From NCBI GenBank assembly GCA_973895155.1, contig OZ316899.1, positions 6,327,241 to 6,391,240 of the forward strand: a stretch of DNA of 64,000 nt, given 5' to 3'. The notes beneath the pieces were generated by a model. The model was not told the DNA's origin, searched no databases, and worked only from the letters and a program-made list of their open reading frames with translations. The number at the start of each line of letters is the position of its first letter. Position 1 is the stretch's first letter. The stretch comes from Marsupella aquatica (Eukaryota; Plantae; Marchantiophyta). Shown one piece after another: positions 61,387 through 64,000 of this stretch. A program made the translations under genes and the position numbers.

Positions 61387-64000
61387 GATTTGTGTATAGT
61401 CGTCGAGTGACTCGATCCACTGCTTCGCAAGATCTTGCAGCACAACCCGTTGTATCGTTCCCGAATAGCAAGAGAGGGAAGATGGATGATTCTGATTCGT
61501 TTGCTGTGGAGGACTTCGAAGAGACGTCGTTGACTGTTTATGATGTGATCTCCAAACATATTATGTTGTTTGGAAAAGATTTCTGAGGACATGACAAGGA
61601 TCCGCCAAGGATTCCAATGTGCCGACTACTTCATATGGAAGTAGTGCGGACATTACAGAAGGGAAGTCCTTCGATAGAGAAGCTGAAAGACTCCTTTCAC
61701 AGCACAGGATACAATTCTAAGATCGACATGCTATTTTACGTCCAACCAACAGATTCCAATGGAGAAGTCCAGATCTGCACGCCAGAGATTTGTGCTTCCT
61801 GGGATGCAATTTGGGTCGCAGAGAATGAAAAGTTTGAGGCGGAATGTGTTGCCGACCCTGACTTCTCCGTCCTGCAAGATAAGATGTTTTTTGTGTTTGA
61901 TGGAAACCATCGACTCTACGCATGGTCCATCGTCACGAAGGAGAATCCGGATGATGTGAAATACCATCCTCACGTCCAGTGCACAATATTCAAGGGAGAA
62001 AAGGGGTCCTTGATCGAGATTGAGGCGGCAATGCACACTGTTAACCAGTAAGTGTCTCTTCCAATATATTTCTAATCTAATCTATGATCATAGTGTTTCA
62101 CTAGCGTCGGGCGCTACTGACTCCCTCTCTCGTTTTCAGGCTTGGGCAGGCAGTGGTCGAACCCTCTTGGATACTTGATGCAGACCGTATCAACCGAATT
62201 CTCTCGAATGAACTCAATTACTACAAGTCTATCATTGACGCTGCAAACTTCAAGAAGTTTGGGCAGATCATGCAGAAAACACGGAAGGGATCGTGGTATA
62301 CAAAAAAAATGCCTCAAGAAGCACTTTTGTACATCTTGTGTGAGAATAAGATCAAGTCTTATTCTCGACAGTTTAAGATGGATCTGGAACATGCTGCCGC
62401 TCAGGGTACACCTTGGTCTCCCGGAGAGATTTCAAAAAGACATGCAGCGATGATGAAGGAGGCAACAAAGGATTGGGCAATAAAGGTGTCAAAAATCACT
62501 CCTCTATTAAGCCCCGCTTTTGAGGATTTCATGCGGACATGTGCTGAGATGTACCCCCTCACAGAGAAGAATAAGAGAGAGAAGAAGCCGGATGCAGTTG
62601 TCTGTACAATGGATCGAGCAAGATTGTTCACCACTGTCTTTGCCCTCGACCCCAAGCTGAGGAGTACCCTTCTGGTTGCCCATTGTACACCGGAGTTGAG
62701 GAAACAATTCTTCCATCCACAGAGCGTTAATGACGATCCAGTGAAGCAATGGTGCCATACCTGGCAAACTTGGAACACTGTGGAGGGAATCGCCGTTGGT
62801 TTGCTGCAAACCTCCCTACGCCAGGTCAGTGATATAGTACCCGCCAATCGGTTGCAGGAGTGGGAGTGTGAGTCGATTGAATCGCTTATTGAAATAGTCT
62901 CAAATGACTTCAAGAAATTTGGGGACGCTGTGAAAGGCAAGTTTTTTAATACAATGTGGCCTTCCAAGTATCCCGACAAGGCTGACTACACCCTCAAGAA
63001 TCAGAAGAGGGCCAAACGATACCTGTACCGTTTCTTCATGCATATGGAGATTGTGAAGCCAGATTACTTTTGGGCATACCCTGCTGCTTTCCAAAAGTGG
63101 ATCGTTGTTCCCGAAGGAGACATACTGGCCGACGTGTATTCAATGTATCCCACTGAAGGGTGTCTTCCACCAAGGGAACTGTCAGAATGGGAGAGAATTC
63201 ATTGTCCTTGGTATTTGGACACCGATAGATGGGACTCTCCATTCGGAGACATTGAGAAAGACGCATTTCATAAGCTTTCAAAGTCTCAGGTCCCTCCCAA
63301 GTTTGTGTCTGACATGAAGTAGGGAATTGAAGGTGATGTGAGCAAGTCGGCGGCAGAATTGCAATCGGTGTGCGAAACTACGGTTGTTCATGTTGATCGA
63401 AGTCGCAAACCCAGAGCCAAAGCAAAAACCAAAGCTGCGGCACCGAGTACCTCAACGCGGTCCGCCAAAAAACGTAAGTTGTCATTCAGCTTGTAGCTTC
63501 ACATTTTGGTTAGCGCCAGGCGTTGCTATATGACTATGTCTATTGGTTTGTTTTTTCAATTGGTTTGGACAGCGCCTGGCGCTATTATTCAGCATTGAAT
63601 AAATTATGCTGTTTTTCCTTTAGGTGGGAGAAAGTCTGACGCTGCAACCGATGAAACAAAAGTAGATGCCACTCCGGAGCCTTCCGAAGCCAATACTGGT
63701 GCCCAGTCAGACCCAGTAACTCCAATTGACAAAGCGAAAGAGATTGTCCCTCTTGATGCACCAGTACAAAGAAGAAAAAGAAAAGGGCAATTCAAGCAGG
63801 AGAATCTTCCAGAGATGATGCCGCTGGAACTGGTGTTCAGAGAGATGTGGGAACCTTCAAGAGCAAATCTTCTAGGCATTGCATGGTGGAAACAAGTATC
63901 CAAGAATTTATTGATACTACTTTCAACAAAGCAGCGAAACCAGATTGGGTGACTGATGCAGAGAAATGGGGAAAGGACTTAATCAAGTCGGGTTCCCGAG
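61387..64000 (+). pseudogene. Multi-exon gene with N-terminal ParB/Srx-like domain (introns 62048-62139 and 63474-63623); incomplete at the window end
   Basis: IPMCRL...VVR...LKDSF...GY...FFVFDGNHRLYAW. Splicing 62047 to 62140 joins ORF 61617 to ORF 62153 in frame. In-frame stops at 61584 and 63319. Confidence 0.7.

Larger units (their letters stand above)
55911..64000. mobile_element. Mutator-like DNA transposon inserted in the CACTA transposase; runs off the window
   Basis: CACTA coding similarity ends at about 55910. Contains a minus-strand transposase, a divergent plus-strand gene and an element-specific palindrome. The left boundary is approximate and TIR/TSD cannot be confirmed. Confidence 0.7.

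Noticed and set aside
63320-64000. DNA methyltransferase domain fused to the ParB-like protein
   Set aside because: No DPPY/FxGxG-type motifs are visible within the window; the gene continues past 64000, so this is untested rather than excluded.

Overview
Eukaryotic, transposon-saturated region, most likely from a non-seed land plant (inferred from the TE lineages, plant-type primer-binding sites and GT-AG introns). No convincing host housekeeping gene, rRNA, tRNA or CRISPR array is present. Left to right: (1) a Sola-like DDD transposase gene split by a structurally complete but decayed Bianca-type Ty1/copia element (269-6045, TSD GTCTC), followed by an AAGGAC/TCCTT repeat array; (2) a second, truncated Bianca-type copia; (3) a RING/coiled-coil gene fragment; (4) a chromodomain Ty3/gypsy element with non-canonical AGT...ACT termini (13027-21255, TSD TGAGT); (5) an L1 fragment; (6) three different families of unusually large (about 3.5-4.6 kb) LTRs, each carrying a long gene inside the LTR: a 5' LTR at 24587-33723 interrupted by a 4-bp-TSD gypsy, a solo LTR at 34899-49832, and a two-LTR element at 35750-47185 that lacks gag core and protease; (7) a CACTA element with a SET-domain exon between its transposase-associated exon and its Transposase_21 exon; (8) a Mutator-like element (GCM-like/DDE/SWIM transposase) with a divergent ParB/Srx-like gene and 12 copies of the palindrome TAGCGC-N3-GCGCTA confined to its non-coding DNA. 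The best candidates for undescribed systems are the ParB-like protein plus palindrome module, the LTR-resident genes and the SET-carrying CACTA. All calls were made by eye without database searches, and nearly all ORFs carry nonsense or frameshift lesions.
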